Source: Amoebidium appalachense
Lineage: Eukaryota > Protista > Ichthyosporea
Direction of reading: 5' to 3'
Assembly (NCBI GenBank): GCA_963693365.1
Contig: CAVNZM010000001.1
Coordinates: forward strand, 4,170,907-4,234,906
Length of the DNA: 64,000 nucleotides
The position numbers and the translations under genes are program-made. This document shows positions 1-23,436 of the stretch, piece by piece (position 1 is the stretch's first letter; each line of letters starts with the position of its first letter). The notes beneath the pieces are model-generated. The model saw nothing but the letters and a program-made list of their open reading frames with translations. It was not told the origin of the DNA and ran no database searches.

Positions 1-320
1 TTGGCCATTTTTACCCCCTGTTTCTTAACGTTCCCTTCAGTTAACCTTCCACATTTGTTCCTCTGGGCTGAAGGATTTGATGAGGCAGGACGGGAACAGG
101 AGGACGCTTGGTCCCTGAGTCGTTAAGGACGACAGTTAGAAATCGCATGTTGGTAGTACTGCAATTTATGGGAGCTACAATCTTGAGCCATGAAAGAATC
201 ATGTTTGTCGAGTGTTAATCAAAACGATATACAACTGATGGTCGGTCTATGTGTGTCCTCGTGTGTGTTCGTGCTTGCGGGCCTGTGTGCGCGTGTGCGC
301 GTGCCAGCGTGTGCGTGGAT

Positions 321-784
321 GTTGAGTGCAGGGAGGGGGGGAAGGGGGAAGGGGGGGGGGGGGGGGGGGTATTCATGCAACCTGCTGATTGGGCATGTGT
401 GAATAATACAGCTCCTTGACGTGGTATGCAATGTTTACCACGCACACCAAACACTGACGCGTGCGCATCGCGCGTGCACGCCGCGCGTGTGTGTGTGTGT
501 GCTCGTGGTTGTTCGTGTTTGCGTACCTGTGTGCGCACCTGCTCATGCGAGTGTGCACGTGCGCGCGTACATGTGTGGGTGTGGGTGTGGGTGGGTGTTT
601 CCATGTGTGTGCGTGTGTGTAAGTTGTCGGTGTTGAGTCCAGGGAGGGGGGGGGGGGGGGGGGGGGGGGATTCATGCAACCTATTGATACATGTGTGAAT
701 TAAATTTACAGTTCTTGACGTGGTATGCAGAAGTTATCGCATCACGCACACTAACCACTGACGCGTGTGCATGTGTGTGTGTGT

Positions 785-819
<35 letters not shown>

Positions 820-900
820 CTCGCTCTCTCTCTCTCTGTGTGTGTGTGTGCGTGTGTGCGTGTGTGCGTGCGTGCCTAAGTGGTGGTGTTGAGTGCCGGG
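321..900. repeat. Degenerate tandem repeat (~255-310 bp units: GTTGAGT-polyG-ATTCATGCAACCT...-(GT)n); further diverged copy at ~1882-1965
   Basis: GTTGAGT starts at 321, 632 and 888. The block ATTCATGCAACCT...CATGTGTGAAT...CTTGACGTGGTATGCA...CACTGACGCGTG is shared by ~371-465 and ~670-770. Confidence 0.75.
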
Positions 901-953
901 AGGGGGACGGGGGGGGGGGGGGGGGGGGGGGGGGTGATGTATGTGTTAGAGGG

Positions 954-1404
954 TTGAAAATATGGAGGAGACAACAAAGAGCAATAACAAAACGTCACAA
1001 AAGTGGGAGATCCAAAATTAAGCAATTTAAGCGTGCAGGCAGAAGACACTTGAACAGAGCCCATCATCAGGGGGGTTCCTATGCCTCCACAAAACATGGG
1101 TTTCGACTCCATAACCTCTCGCGCGTGGTTCCCAACCCATACTTTGTTTCAACAGCAATAGGCGAGTCCACCTGTCTTGGCCAAAGACGAGCAGGGTTGT
1201 TCAAGGAGCAGCAATCTAAGAAGTAGAGGATAAGACCGGCTTCTACAAAGCTCCCCGACTCCCTAACCTATGGAGAAGGGGAGGGAGGGAACGTGGGTGG
1301 GGGGGGGGGAGGGGGGGGAGCAGAGGGAGAGAGGGGGGGGGGGGGGGGGGACATGGAGACAGAGAGAAATAGAGGGGGAACTTAACCTGGCCACTATTGT
1401 TTTA
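954..1404 (-). mobile_element. Non-autonomous C-tailed retroelement, subfamily B
   Basis: Contains the conserved structured motif (1049-1205). On the minus strand it ends TTTTCAACCC, similar to the ATTCAAACCC end of other copies. Candidate target-site duplication TTAGAGGGTT at 946-955 and 1405-1414. Confidence 0.55.
1049..1205 (-). ncRNA. Structured RNA, candidate rearranged hammerhead ribozyme (copy B)
   Basis: Closing stem CUUGAACA/UGUUCAAG; stem ACAAAGUAUGGG/CCCAUGUUUUGU; GUU at 1136-1134; GAAAC at 1104-1100; CUGAUGA at 1070-1064; GACUC/GAGUC pairing; inner hairpin AACC/GGUU. Confidence 0.65.
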
Positions 1405-2679
1405 TTAGAGGGTTACCCCACGTAATAAACCAATAGGTTTGACCCATGCCACTGGGGGGCGGTGCACCTGACCGGGTGGAACTTTAACGTGTTCGAACGA
1501 GTGCGTAAGTCCCTGGCGGCCAGCCAGCATTCACATCGTGCCCATGGGCTTTAGGAAGCCAAAACGGTAGCCAAGTTGTATCATTGCATGTGACACGCCA
1601 TATGTCGAGACTCATTGTGCATGGAGTGTAGTCGATATACATGTGTGTGTGTATATGATATTGATATTGTGTGTATGAGTAAGATTACATTGGTATGCGA
1701 ATTCTTCGAATGAGGGATTTGAGAATGAATGAATAATGAATGCCGAGATACGTCGATGGATTGTTTCTAATATATATGGTCTTATGAATAAGTTTTTTTT
1801 AGATATATCCCTTAGCTAATAGTCTAGATATTAGGGTAGCTGCGTGAATGGAGAAGGAGCATTTACGGTGATGGCTGGGTCATTCAACCTGCTGATCGCA
1901 CATGTGAGCATTATCTTACAGTCCTAGATGCGGCATGCAATGCTTATCATGCAAACCAAACACACACATACTCGCAAATTCCTTTTCCGTTGTTCGTACA
2001 ATTCCTTTCCCGTCACTGACCTTGCAAATGAAAATTTCCTTAGGAAAGAGGTCATTTCCTTTTTCTTGTGAAGCATTTGTTTACGTTCCTCTTCCTCCTC
2101 GCCATCAATTTCCTGATGATTTTCCTGTGTCAGAATCAGGGGGTTGGTGTGATATGCTGGACGCAGGGACTTAAGGTTGCAGCTTCCAACATATGATCGA
2201 TCCAGGATAACGTTTCAAGTCTTAATTTTGGTTTGAGATTTCTACCTATCTCAATCATCAGAGTGCTGCAAAGATCGAAGATGTGTGTGATGCACACATA
2301 AATATACTTCGCAGCACTACTGACACACAAATACGCCTACATAAGCTATATGCTTCTGAGTTAAGTACCACGACCATGCTTGGATAGGGTTTGCGGGAAA
2401 TGAATCAGATATCCACACCAGCAAACAGTTTGTGTACCAGGAACACTGATATCATAATTGGATAGGGTTTGCAGGTAAACCGGGCAAATATCCGCCTTGG
2501 CTAAACTGAGAAACACGAGGAATTTTGATCATTATTTGGATACGGTTTTCAGAAAATGGGTAAAATGTCAGTTTCGGCTAAGTACCTCGTGTGAATAGGG
2601 ATTGGAGAAAGCAGCCCAGAATCTTCTGTGGAGTGATTTTGATATTTCGTTTTGGCTGACTTAGAATTATCAGCAATCC

Positions 2680-2738
<59 letters not shown>

Positions 2739-3103
2739 CATACATACACATATGCCATGTCGGGTAGAGTCTTATTGGAACAGCCTTGGGCACACCAGAT
2801 TAACAATAAACAATCAATAGATCGGAGTCCAGATTTTTCACTACCAAACCGCGTGCATTTTCCACACAGGTCAAAGATACGAGAGCCGCTAATAGTGTTA
2901 TATCAATCTCATTCAAGATGTTGCCTTAGAGCCATCGATTTCACAGATTCAACCCTGACGTCAGCCTATGGGCTCAGCCTCAAGCACATCATATTTGCTA
3001 TTATTTTTGTATACCAAAAAAAAAGCAGCTTCAGCTGTCCAGTACTAAAACGAAATGCATTTAAGGTTCATTAGTTTGAGTGTGTGCGAATGTTCTACTT
3101 GGA

Positions 3104-3135
<32 letters not shown>

Positions 3136-3222
3136 AGGGGAAGACAATAATAGATCAAAAAGCAAAGGTACAAAGATGGTGCACGGGGGTGGTGGTGGTG
3201 GTGGTGGTGGTGGTTGCGCCGT

Positions 3223-3259
<37 letters not shown>

Positions 3260-3406
3260 CTGGTGTTGTACCTCCGTCTCCGATTCTGAGCTGCTGACGA
3301 CGGCAGTCCGGCATCGTTTTCTAATAGGCCTGGCACCGTCTGGAAGAAAACAAAAGGGAGATAACATCAGAAGAGCCCCCATCAACCCCTCCCCCCCCCC
3401 CCCCCC

Positions 3407-3500
<94 letters not shown>

Positions 3501-3992
3501 ACACACAGTCCTCCCAACCCCACCAAACCCCAAGAACGCGTGCACACGTGCGCGCTCACACACAAAACACACACACACACACACACACCCCCCCCAATAC
3601 ACGCACTCACACATCCATTCGAGCTGACCATTTCATCTCGTCCATAGGCTGCATGAAACACATACCCGAACCCACAAATCCTCCCTTTCTCCCCCCTTTC
3701 CCCTCCCTCCCCCCTCCAACCCCCTCCCACCACACACATACACACATACACACATACACACAACACCACAACACCGCCTCCACTTGCCCCCTTTCTGCCT
3801 CACACACACATGTAAGAGGTAAAGTATCTGGACGAGTAAGATCACCGTAATCGGAAGAAGTCAACAGATGAAGCAGAGGCAAGCCAGCACACAAACACGT
3901 AAACAAACACACGCATAAGCACATGCACTCCGACAAAAATGCACACACCGCATGCAGGTCTGCAGGCACACGCGTGCTTGGACACATACACA

Positions 3993-4071
<79 letters not shown>

Positions 4072-5099
4072 ACACACAAACACGCACACACATAAGCAAG
4101 CACACACGCAGACACAGAGGCACACAGGCATGCACGCAGGATCGTAAGTACGCACGCAAGCACGCTCGCAAGCATGCATGGACGCACACACACACACACA
4201 CGCAAGTATGCACGCGCGCATGCACGCACGCAAGCATACATGCACACACATACACCCCCACACACATGCACACACACGCCCACACACACACACTCATGTC
4301 TCTCTCTCTCTCTTGTAAGGTCAGTCCATGCACCCACCATCCTGCAGCCTCTGTCTGTTGAGTAGCGCCCTGTGACTGATCCTCTCCATCTCCCCCTTAC
4401 TTTTCTCCCCGCTCTCCTCGGGTTCCTTTAACACACACAAAACCCCTGGTGTTATGAGCATAGTCGATGGTTCACAAAGGAAGACCAAAGACAGGACGTC
4501 TTCTGGCACATGCCAAACAATAGGTGCCCACGGAGGGAACCGAGAGGGCAGAGGGTGGGGGGGGGGGGGGGGGGGGGGGGGGGCGGGGGGGGTAAGATAG
4601 AGCACGATCCACCTTGTGCATAATTGAGTGGACGAAAAATAGCATCCAGCCTTCTCTCTGGTATGCTATCAGTAAAATGCAAATGTTGCTATAAAGGCCA
4701 TTGAGATCACATTGAGGTGCCTGATGTCGAGGTAGGGAGGGATGAAGTGAGTTGGTTGGTGGAATTTGGTAAGTTTGGGCCAAGTGAGGAAAACGGAGGA
4801 GGAGAGGGGGAGGCTTGGAAGGGGGAGGGAGGGAAGGGGGAGGGGAGGGGGGTTGCCTACACTCTCCTCGTCATCCACTATGAAGCCATCCATATTGGGG
4901 CTTCTGTCTCTGTCACCCACAGACATGTCAGCACAACCCCCCCCCCCCCCCCCCCCTCCCCCCCCTCCCCCCGCCCCGTCGGCCCCCTTGTTACATATAC
5001 ACACACACCCACACACCCACCCCAATCCCCACACCCACATCAACCCAACCCAGCCAACCCGATCCGTCAACCCCCCCAGGGTCCCTCCTCCATCCCCAT

Positions 5100-5692
5100 C
5101 CTCCTTCCCCCTCTCCTCCCTCCCTGTCCCTCCCACCCTCCCTCCCCCCTCCCTCCCTCCCTCCCTCCCTCCCCCTCCCCCCTCCCTCCCTCTCCATCCC
5201 TCCCTCCCTTTCCTCCTACCCATCCTCCCACCCTCCGCCCCCATCCCCCCCCCCCCCCCCCCCCCACCCCCCCCCCCCCCCTACCCACCCTCCCACCCTC
5301 CTTCCCTCCCTCCCTCCCAGTCTCCCTCCCACCCTCCCATCCCCACCCACCCACCCACCCACCCACCCACCCACCCACCCACCCACCCCCTCCCACCCTC
5401 CCACCCACCCTCCCACCCACCCACCCACCCACCCACCCACCCACCCACCCTCCCACCCTCCCATCCCCACCCACCCACCCACCCTCCCTCCCACCCACCC
5501 ACCCACCCACCCACCCTCCCACCCTCCCACCCTCCCTCCCACCCACCCACCCACCCCCTCCCTCCCACCCTCCCATCCCCACCCACCCACCCACCCTCCC
5601 TCCCACCCTCCCACCCTCCCTCCCACCCTCCCACCCACCCACCCACCCACCCACCCCTCCTCCCACCCTCCCTCCCACCCTCTCCCCACCCC
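5100..5692. repeat. (CCCA)n/(CCCT)n low-complexity tract, ~600 bp, G-quadruplex-prone on the minus strand
   Basis: Directly visible; it is the source of the Pro- and Gly-rich spurious ORFs here. Confidence 0.9.
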
Positions 5693-6264
5693 TCACTGTA
5701 CACTGTAAAAGCTTCCAGTAAGAATGAAAAGCCTAGTCAGCTGCTCATGTCTCTTTCTCCCTCACTCATCAAGTTCCTCTAATCCTGCGTTAAATGCACG
5801 TGCTTACAGTTTTTCGTATTGCCATCCGGACATTTGTTCTAGTGTTGGTTCGGTTTTTGTCTTAATTTTTCGAATTTCCCACATATTACCTTTCTGTAGT
5901 TGGATCTCCTTATTTTTTGCGCGTGTGCGTGGGAGGGGGGGGAGGAAGGGGGCAGGGGGAAGGGGGGGGGGGGGGGAGGGGGGGGGGAGGGGGGGGGGGG
6001 GGGTACCTGTCGTGAGACTTCGAGTCTGCCCCTGTTCCATAATCCTCTATGGTGACTTCCTGCGAGGTGAATCTTGTTGGCAGTTTTTAACGGTGTACAT
6101 TAACAAACTGGTGGGGAAATCCTTAACGGATTAGGCTTGGATGCCAGTCTACGCAATCGACAGCCAATGAGAAGGGCCACTTAAGCATTGATATCAACTC
6201 CGTATATGGCAACACAAACCCATCGATATGCATCGCGCATGTCGTGTGTTCGACTCTGGTGCAA

Positions 6265-16888
<10,624 letters not shown>

Positions 16889-17405
16889 CTGGGGGGTTGG
16901 GGTTGGGTTTAGTGAGAATGGAAAAAAAAAGTTAAAGGTGGTTGGGTGGGGCGAGGGGGGGGGGGGGGGGGGGGGGGAGGGGAGGGGGGAGGAGGGTATG
17001 GTACCAGGATCTCTGGGGGGGGAAAGCTGATGGGTGAAGTAGGTTGCAGCGCAGGTTGGTGTGTGTGTGTGTGTGACATGTGTAAGGGTGAGGGGGGGGG
17101 GGGGGGGGGGGGGAGGGGGGATGGTACGTGTTTCACTCCACCCTCATCTTTCATGCTATGAAACGGGCATTGATTGTGCACTTGAGCCAAGATGCTGTGT
17201 CGATACCCTCACTGACCACTTGTGTGTATGTTTGTGCCTGACTGTGCACCATGACCAGGACTCAAATTAGGAGCAATTGTCGAGTGTGGGTATGCCTGTG
17301 TGGCTACATGTTTGTGACAGGGGTATAGGGTGCAGGGACTGGTGGTGCTTGGGGATTCTTTTTTTTTCTTTTTTTTGGGGGGGGGGGGGGGGGAGGGGGG
17401 GGGAA

Positions 17406-17436
<31 letters not shown>

Positions 17437-17542
17437 CACATCGTGCTTGGGAAGGATAGGTGACAGGACATGGGTTAAGGCGAGAAATAAATAAGCAAGA
17501 AAAATCGGGACCCTAGAAAGACGACATGGTGTGTGTGTGTGT

Positions 17543-17621
<79 letters not shown>

Positions 17622-18473
17622 GGAGAGGGAGGTGGACTGCTTGGACCAACCATCTTTAGGTGGAAATGGCGAAGAACAAGACGGGGGGAGGATGGGTTGA
17701 GGGGAGAAGAGGCACCAGTGCATGTGGTGATTCAGATGTAGGTCAAGTTGCTAGGGCTTGGGTGTGGTAACGAGCAGATCTATATGCCTTCGAACCAAAC
17801 TGAAATTGGGGTTCTCATGGTTGGTAGGGGAGGAGAGCCAGCGAGACGTTATCCCAGCATGTCGGGAAGGCGGCATGGCGCAGGGGGGGGGGGGAGGGAG
17901 GGGACAGGGAGGGAAAGAGGGAGGGGGGCGGGGGGAGGGGGGGGTTGTTACATGGTCTCTATGTAGACGGGGAAGGGCTCGGGCTGTGGCAGGCCGACGG
18001 GTATTCGTGGCTGTACCGTCAGCTCACTCCTTATGCGGTTGAGAAGAAGGGGAGGGCAGCTGCGCTGGTCCACACAAAGACAGCCATCGTGCATTTTGAA
18101 AAAGGCGAACAGGCATGAAAGACTTATCTAGGTGAAAGTTAATAAACGAGAAGTCTCGACATGAACAATTTGAGTGCTCTTTTTGGTCACTGTCAACAGC
18201 TCACCAAGGGCTAAGGACAGGTTTCGAAGTCAAACAGCAAGTAAAGAATAATTGCATTCCTTAGCTAACGCTAGCTACGCAGTATATGTACTGGCCAGTG
18301 AAACCATCGTATGCGCCTATAAGGGCTTCTACCGTTTGAAACTTGCAGCGCACTATCATGGTACTATACAAGTTTTTCCCGCCAAAACGAGTGCCAAAAC
18401 GGCCGTGAGCCAATCACAAGCAGCACCCTCCCCTCCCCCCCCCCCCCCCCCCGCCCCCGCCCCCGGTGAACGG

Positions 18474-18512
<39 letters not shown>

Positions 18513-19444
18513 AGCGGCGACCACCACACCACCACGACCACCATTGATGAACAACATCCCCACTGCCAGTTTCCTTCTGTGTGCACGTGTATTTTTCACT
18601 TTGTGACTATTTGTCATCAGACCAATATCGATCGGGTATCTGAGACTCGAGAAACATCTAGGTCTCTCTCGAGCTCAGTATATTTTCTCCCTCTTTCTTT
18701 CCCTCTCTCTCCTCTCTCTCTCTCCCCCTCTCCCTCTCTCTCCTCCCTCTCTCCCTCGAGCTCCAACGCTCTCTCCCTCGAGCTCTCTTTAATTCTCTCC
18801 CTCCCCCCCCACCCACCCACCCACTCTCCCTCCCTTCCCCCCCTCCCCCCCCCCCCCCCCCCCTCTCTCTCTAGATCTCCTAGACGTTGAGGATCATTGC
18901 ACTTTATTGGCCGCTCCCTCCGGCCAATCCCTCTGCATATTCAAAGTACTGCATGTGCACTCATAAATACGTCACATTTCGCCCACTATGATTCTCGTGA
19001 AAAACCCAATCTGCTCAAAACATAGAGATAAACTTGCAAATAAGAACGTAAATACTATTAATGCTCATGTGCTTTAACAGCTCGTAGGTCCCTACCTAGC
19101 AGGGGGAAGGGAGGAGATGACTACATAGCTCGTTAACAGGAGTCCTGCACTCAGGATGCATATATTGAGACACCAACATTTAGGGAGAACGGGTATCTAG
19201 GGTGCGACGGAAAACCATATGCCAAATCCCTCTCCTCTCTCCCCCTACCCCCCTTTGCTCCACCTTCTCCCTCCATTGGGTCAACGCACATACCCAACCA
19301 CACACACACACCCCAACTACAAAACAGAAAGAAAAAAGAGAGGAAGAAAGAAGGAATTATAAGAAAAGATAAAACACAAAAATGGGAGCACCAAAACCCA
19401 ATAGCATGCAATCTCAACGCCCAAGACGGCTATGCCTTTGCACT

Positions 19445-21056
19445 TCACGCGGCCTGCTTTGCCTTTTCCACCCTCTTCCTCTCTAGCGTAGGTGACTGGC
19501 ACACCTTCTTATGTACCTTCCAATGATTTCGCTGGCAATCAAAACCACAGTAATGCTCTTTTTGGCACCCTGCACATCGCTTCAACTCCCGTTCTAGAGA
19601 GAACAGACCGCGACAGTTCGAGCAGGGAAGCATGGTAGGAGATTTTCTATCGCTGAGCTGCTTGACAATATTACTTGGCGTGGCTGGCTGGTACACTGAC
19701 CTGTGATCCGCTTTGGGAACACCGTTGAGAACGTCATTTCCTATCACGCGGCCGTGTCTTCCCGTCGTTTCCTGTGGCGTCAAAGTGACATCCCATTTGC
19801 ATTTTTCTTTTTGATCCGGTGTGAGGCTCTGGTAAAACTTAAGCGCTTTCATTCCCCGTGTGCTCGTATCCCTCCCGTACAGACCAAGCAGGCTGTCGAT
19901 GCACATTATCTCCATGTCATCCTTTCCAAGGGACTTGTAGATATCCTGTGCCTCCTTGATTAGCGTTTCAGCCCGTCCATCCTTTCGTAGCCTCTTTGCT
20001 GAACGCCGAAATTATACAAAACCTTTGCCCTCGTTCCTTTGTCTCTCACGTTTTTCACAATCACCTTCCATGCTCTCTCCGTTTCGACGTCGTCGCCCAC
20101 CGATGTTACTACATCTCCCCAGGCAACCAGGAGCTTGTCCAAGAGTGCAACATCTTGCCCCCTTAAAGCAGCGTATTTTGCCACCCGGTTTGTCACTGTG
20201 CCAGTCTTGTTTGCGTAAGCCGTGAAAAGATTCTCGACCGTGCGGCAAAACACGACTGCTTGCTGTTTGATCTTCGGCTGCGCCATGCCTACCACCGCCT
20301 TGCAGGCTAAACGCATCACACGCCAATCACCTAATTTCTCCGCCGCGTTCGTGCCCTTAATAAGCAGCACCACCAAATCTTCCTTCAACCTTCCACTTGT
20401 TCTCGTAAGGGTAGTGTCGTAGACGTCAAACTGAAAAGGTGCCCCTTGGTTCTCGGCTCGGTCTTCGTTGTCGGTCAGAAATACGACCAGTGACAGGTCG
20501 GCAGAAACAAGGCACACCTCCTTGCAGACTTCTATGCCCTGAGGGGCCGTGTCGTGCCTTTCATTTTTGGCTCTGGACACCTCGAAGGCAATTGCGTTCG
20601 CCCCCGAAGGCAATTGCGTTCGCGGCCACACCGTAAAACGGAAGCGCTGGTTTTTGCGAACCAGCACATGTTTCTTCTATATCTGTGACATTCCGAGCGT
20701 GTTCTTCTAGGGTCGCATGTTCAATCAAGGTCTCTACTGTCACACTATAGCCGAGCCTTTGTCTCTCTGCCAGGCCTCTGCTTGAAGCTGTTTCGCCGTA
20801 CTGCAACCCAACAAAGGGTAGTTTTCGAATGTGTTGTAATGCTTTGCCCATCCCAGAAACTCGTGAGTGAGAAACGAATACATGGGGTGTAATGCTGTCA
20901 TTTTTATGGGCTTTCGTGCAAGAGAACAACAGTAACAGCAATATGAGAGTTTCGTGCAAGCTGCAGCGCGAAACACGGTGGGTTTGAAAAGTGGATGTAG
21001 GACCTCGCTGCAGACACAGTACTGTTCGGGCGCTGCCAGGCGAAGGTATAATATCT
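19445..21056 (-). pseudogene. Intronless helical-repeat (TPR-like) + C-terminal MYND zinc finger gene with two frameshifts
   Basis: MYND motif CSNC...RCAGCQKEHYCGFDCQRNHWKVHKKVC in 19445-19915. That frame stays open upstream (RAETLIKEAQDIYKSLG) and overlaps the end of ORF 19960-20667 (1-nt shift near 19975). A 22-nt duplication at 20583-20623 separates ORF 20561-20959 from ORF 19960-20667; removing it gives ...FYGVAANAIAFEVSRAK. Confidence 0.75.
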
Positions 21057-21670
21057 TATACCAGGGCATAAGAACCGTAGCAACGCGTTGTCGATGCATA
21101 TGATTTCGGTGGATTTGAACTTGTGACGGCATGTCATTTATTTGGTTATTTCCGCTTTTTTCTCCCTATTTTCTAAACTGTTGGGCTGAGTTGTTGGTGC
21201 ATGGAAATACATACAAAGCGTAGGCACAACTAGTACTGATAGTGATAGTAAAGTTAAGGCTGGCTGATATTATGTACAGTAGTCTTGTTCACTACTGTAC
21301 ATGTACAATACATGTGCAGATCCCGATTCCCGACAGATGACAGGAACATTGACAACCAATCAATTCACCCTAGAGATTTGATTGGTTGAGTGAAGATCAC
21401 CTGCTCTGGGGGGGGTCGGGGTGTGTACATTTTTTTTATTTTTTTTTGTGTACATTTTTTGCAGAAACTTGCATGCCAATTGCAAGGGTTTTGAAACAAG
21501 CATGCCATGGGTTTTGAACCAAGCGTGGAATATTTGAAACAATGATAGATCTTTACATAGGATATATATGTAAAACAAGTTGCTACAATACTTTTTTCCT
21601 TTATATGCTGTACATAGTAGAAATTTCCGCTTGAAAGACATCTAACCATAGATTTGGTCTGCATTGCTCT

Positions 21671-21986
21671 TTTTTTAGAGGCTGACTTGCTTGCTGTGCC
21701 TCGGTAGGATTTGAGGGGAGCCTGTTGGGAAGCAGCAGTAATGATGTCTTCTTGCGGAGTGTTGTCTGGTCAACATCGATGCATATGACTGTTGGAGCAA
21801 ACTAGTTTCACGCATACACGTACACTTAAGGTTTTGTCCGCTGGTGTCCTTTGTCACTTGTCGCTTTATTTTTCTTTCTTAGCTTTGGCTTTTTCAGTTC
21901 TATTGGTGGTTATGTAACCTGTGGCTGCACGTTGCCTTCATCAACGGATCAATAAAACCGAGTCAAAAGAAGAAAGAAAAAGAAAA

Positions 21987-22025
<39 letters not shown>

Positions 22026-22358
22026 CATTATTAGGCGCAGGAAGGCATTTTTTTCTTTTGACTCGGTTTTATTGATCCGTTGATGAAGGCAACGTCACGG
22101 TGCAGCCACAGGCTACATAACCACCAATAGAACTGAAAAGGCCAAAGCTACGAAATAAAAATAAAGCGACAAGTGACAAAGGACACCAGCGGGCAAAACC
22201 TTAAGTGTACGTGTATGCGTGAAACTAGTTTGCTCCAACAGTCATATGCATCGATGTTGACCAGACCACACTCCGCAAGAAAACATCATTACTGCTGCTT
22301 CCCAACAGGCCCCCCTCAAAACCTACCGAGGCACAGCAAGCAAGTCAGCCTCTAAAAA
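21671..22358. mobile_element. Foldback/MITE-like long inverted repeat (~300-bp arms, ~75-nt spacer containing (TA)n)
   Basis: Arms ~21671-21971 and ~22048-22358 are near-perfect reverse complements. The same 60-aa spurious ORF appears on both strands. Confidence 0.85.
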
Positions 22359-23436
22359 GGCATTTTTACTGTTGTTTGGAGTTTTGGGGGATTTCATCTT
22401 TCGGGGAAGCCCCGTCCTAAGATGACGTCAGTTATTACAGTATCTGCTTGCTATAGTATCAATAAGCTCCATATCTCTTTCTATCTTTGGTTTAAAATTA
22501 TAATCTGTAAATAAATAAAAAATGATGAGCTAACATAATTAACGGATTTTCATTTGTGGGGACTTCGACAAGCGGCTATGCTGGTGGGCATCTTATATCT
22601 GGATCTACTCTCTATATACGTCGAATGTGGCTGGGCCTCCGGCAATGTCCACGCAATAAAAAGTGTGTAAACCCCCTATATACATATGCCGATCTCGCGC
22701 TTGTGCTCTTTCACATTTTCGAGGCTCTGAATGGAGTGGTTGAGGAGTTGATCCATCCTCCACTAGAAAACTTCAAGTTTGTGCAGCTCCCACACCGTTG
22801 CTCACTAGGCGCTCACCATTAGTTAGTTGACTCCCGCGGAACTCGTTTTCGAAGGGTTGACGTTTAATTTCATGGAGTCCTGACGTATGGGGTCCGAACA
22901 CACTTTTTATGCCTTGAACCTCGCCTTGAAGTTCACCTTTCAGTCTCAACCCAGGTCCACTCCGATAAATCGTCCCAATAATATGCATGTGTATGGCTGA
23001 GTATCCTATGCAATAAACAGAGAATACCCTCACCCTCTCACCGTAATATTGATCACAAAATTTAGCCCTCTCGGAAACTGTGTGATTGTTTTTCTCTGCA
23101 GCTTTCGGACTGTGCGCGCAGTGGTCGTCACTGAAGTGCGAAGAAAATCAAGGACAAACAGTGGAAAATGCATATTAACGGCAAATGCAGCATTTTCTGA
23201 TGTAGACCGCTGTAATTTATTCATGTTTGCGCTGTTAAAGCGGATGCTCTGCCCACCACTCGCTTTCACCCACACAATTTCCTCGCGGCCAGCGAACAAG
23301 TTTCATTCTGACACCGCCTCGTGTTGAAAATCTCCGCGCCACCAACTTGAGGCGTGCTTTTCTCAGAGGGTCCTGCGCTTTTCTTTTCCTGGAAAGTTCG
23401 TTTTATAAAACACGTGCCTATTTTGATCAAGCAACC

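Noticed and set aside
3820-6130. Possible extra minus-strand exons (VPEDVLSLVFL, F-box-like; MDGFIVDDEES)
   Set aside because: Could not be joined into a phase-consistent model; the similarity is too short.
17150-17880. Candidate 5' exons of the helicase (e.g. LVRRHIDLLVTTPKP)
   Set aside because: An in-frame stop follows and no phase-compatible donor was found; left unresolved.
22700-23330. Short minus-strand ORFs of 86-89 aa
   Set aside because: Protein-like but unrecognisable and interrupted; at most a decayed remnant.
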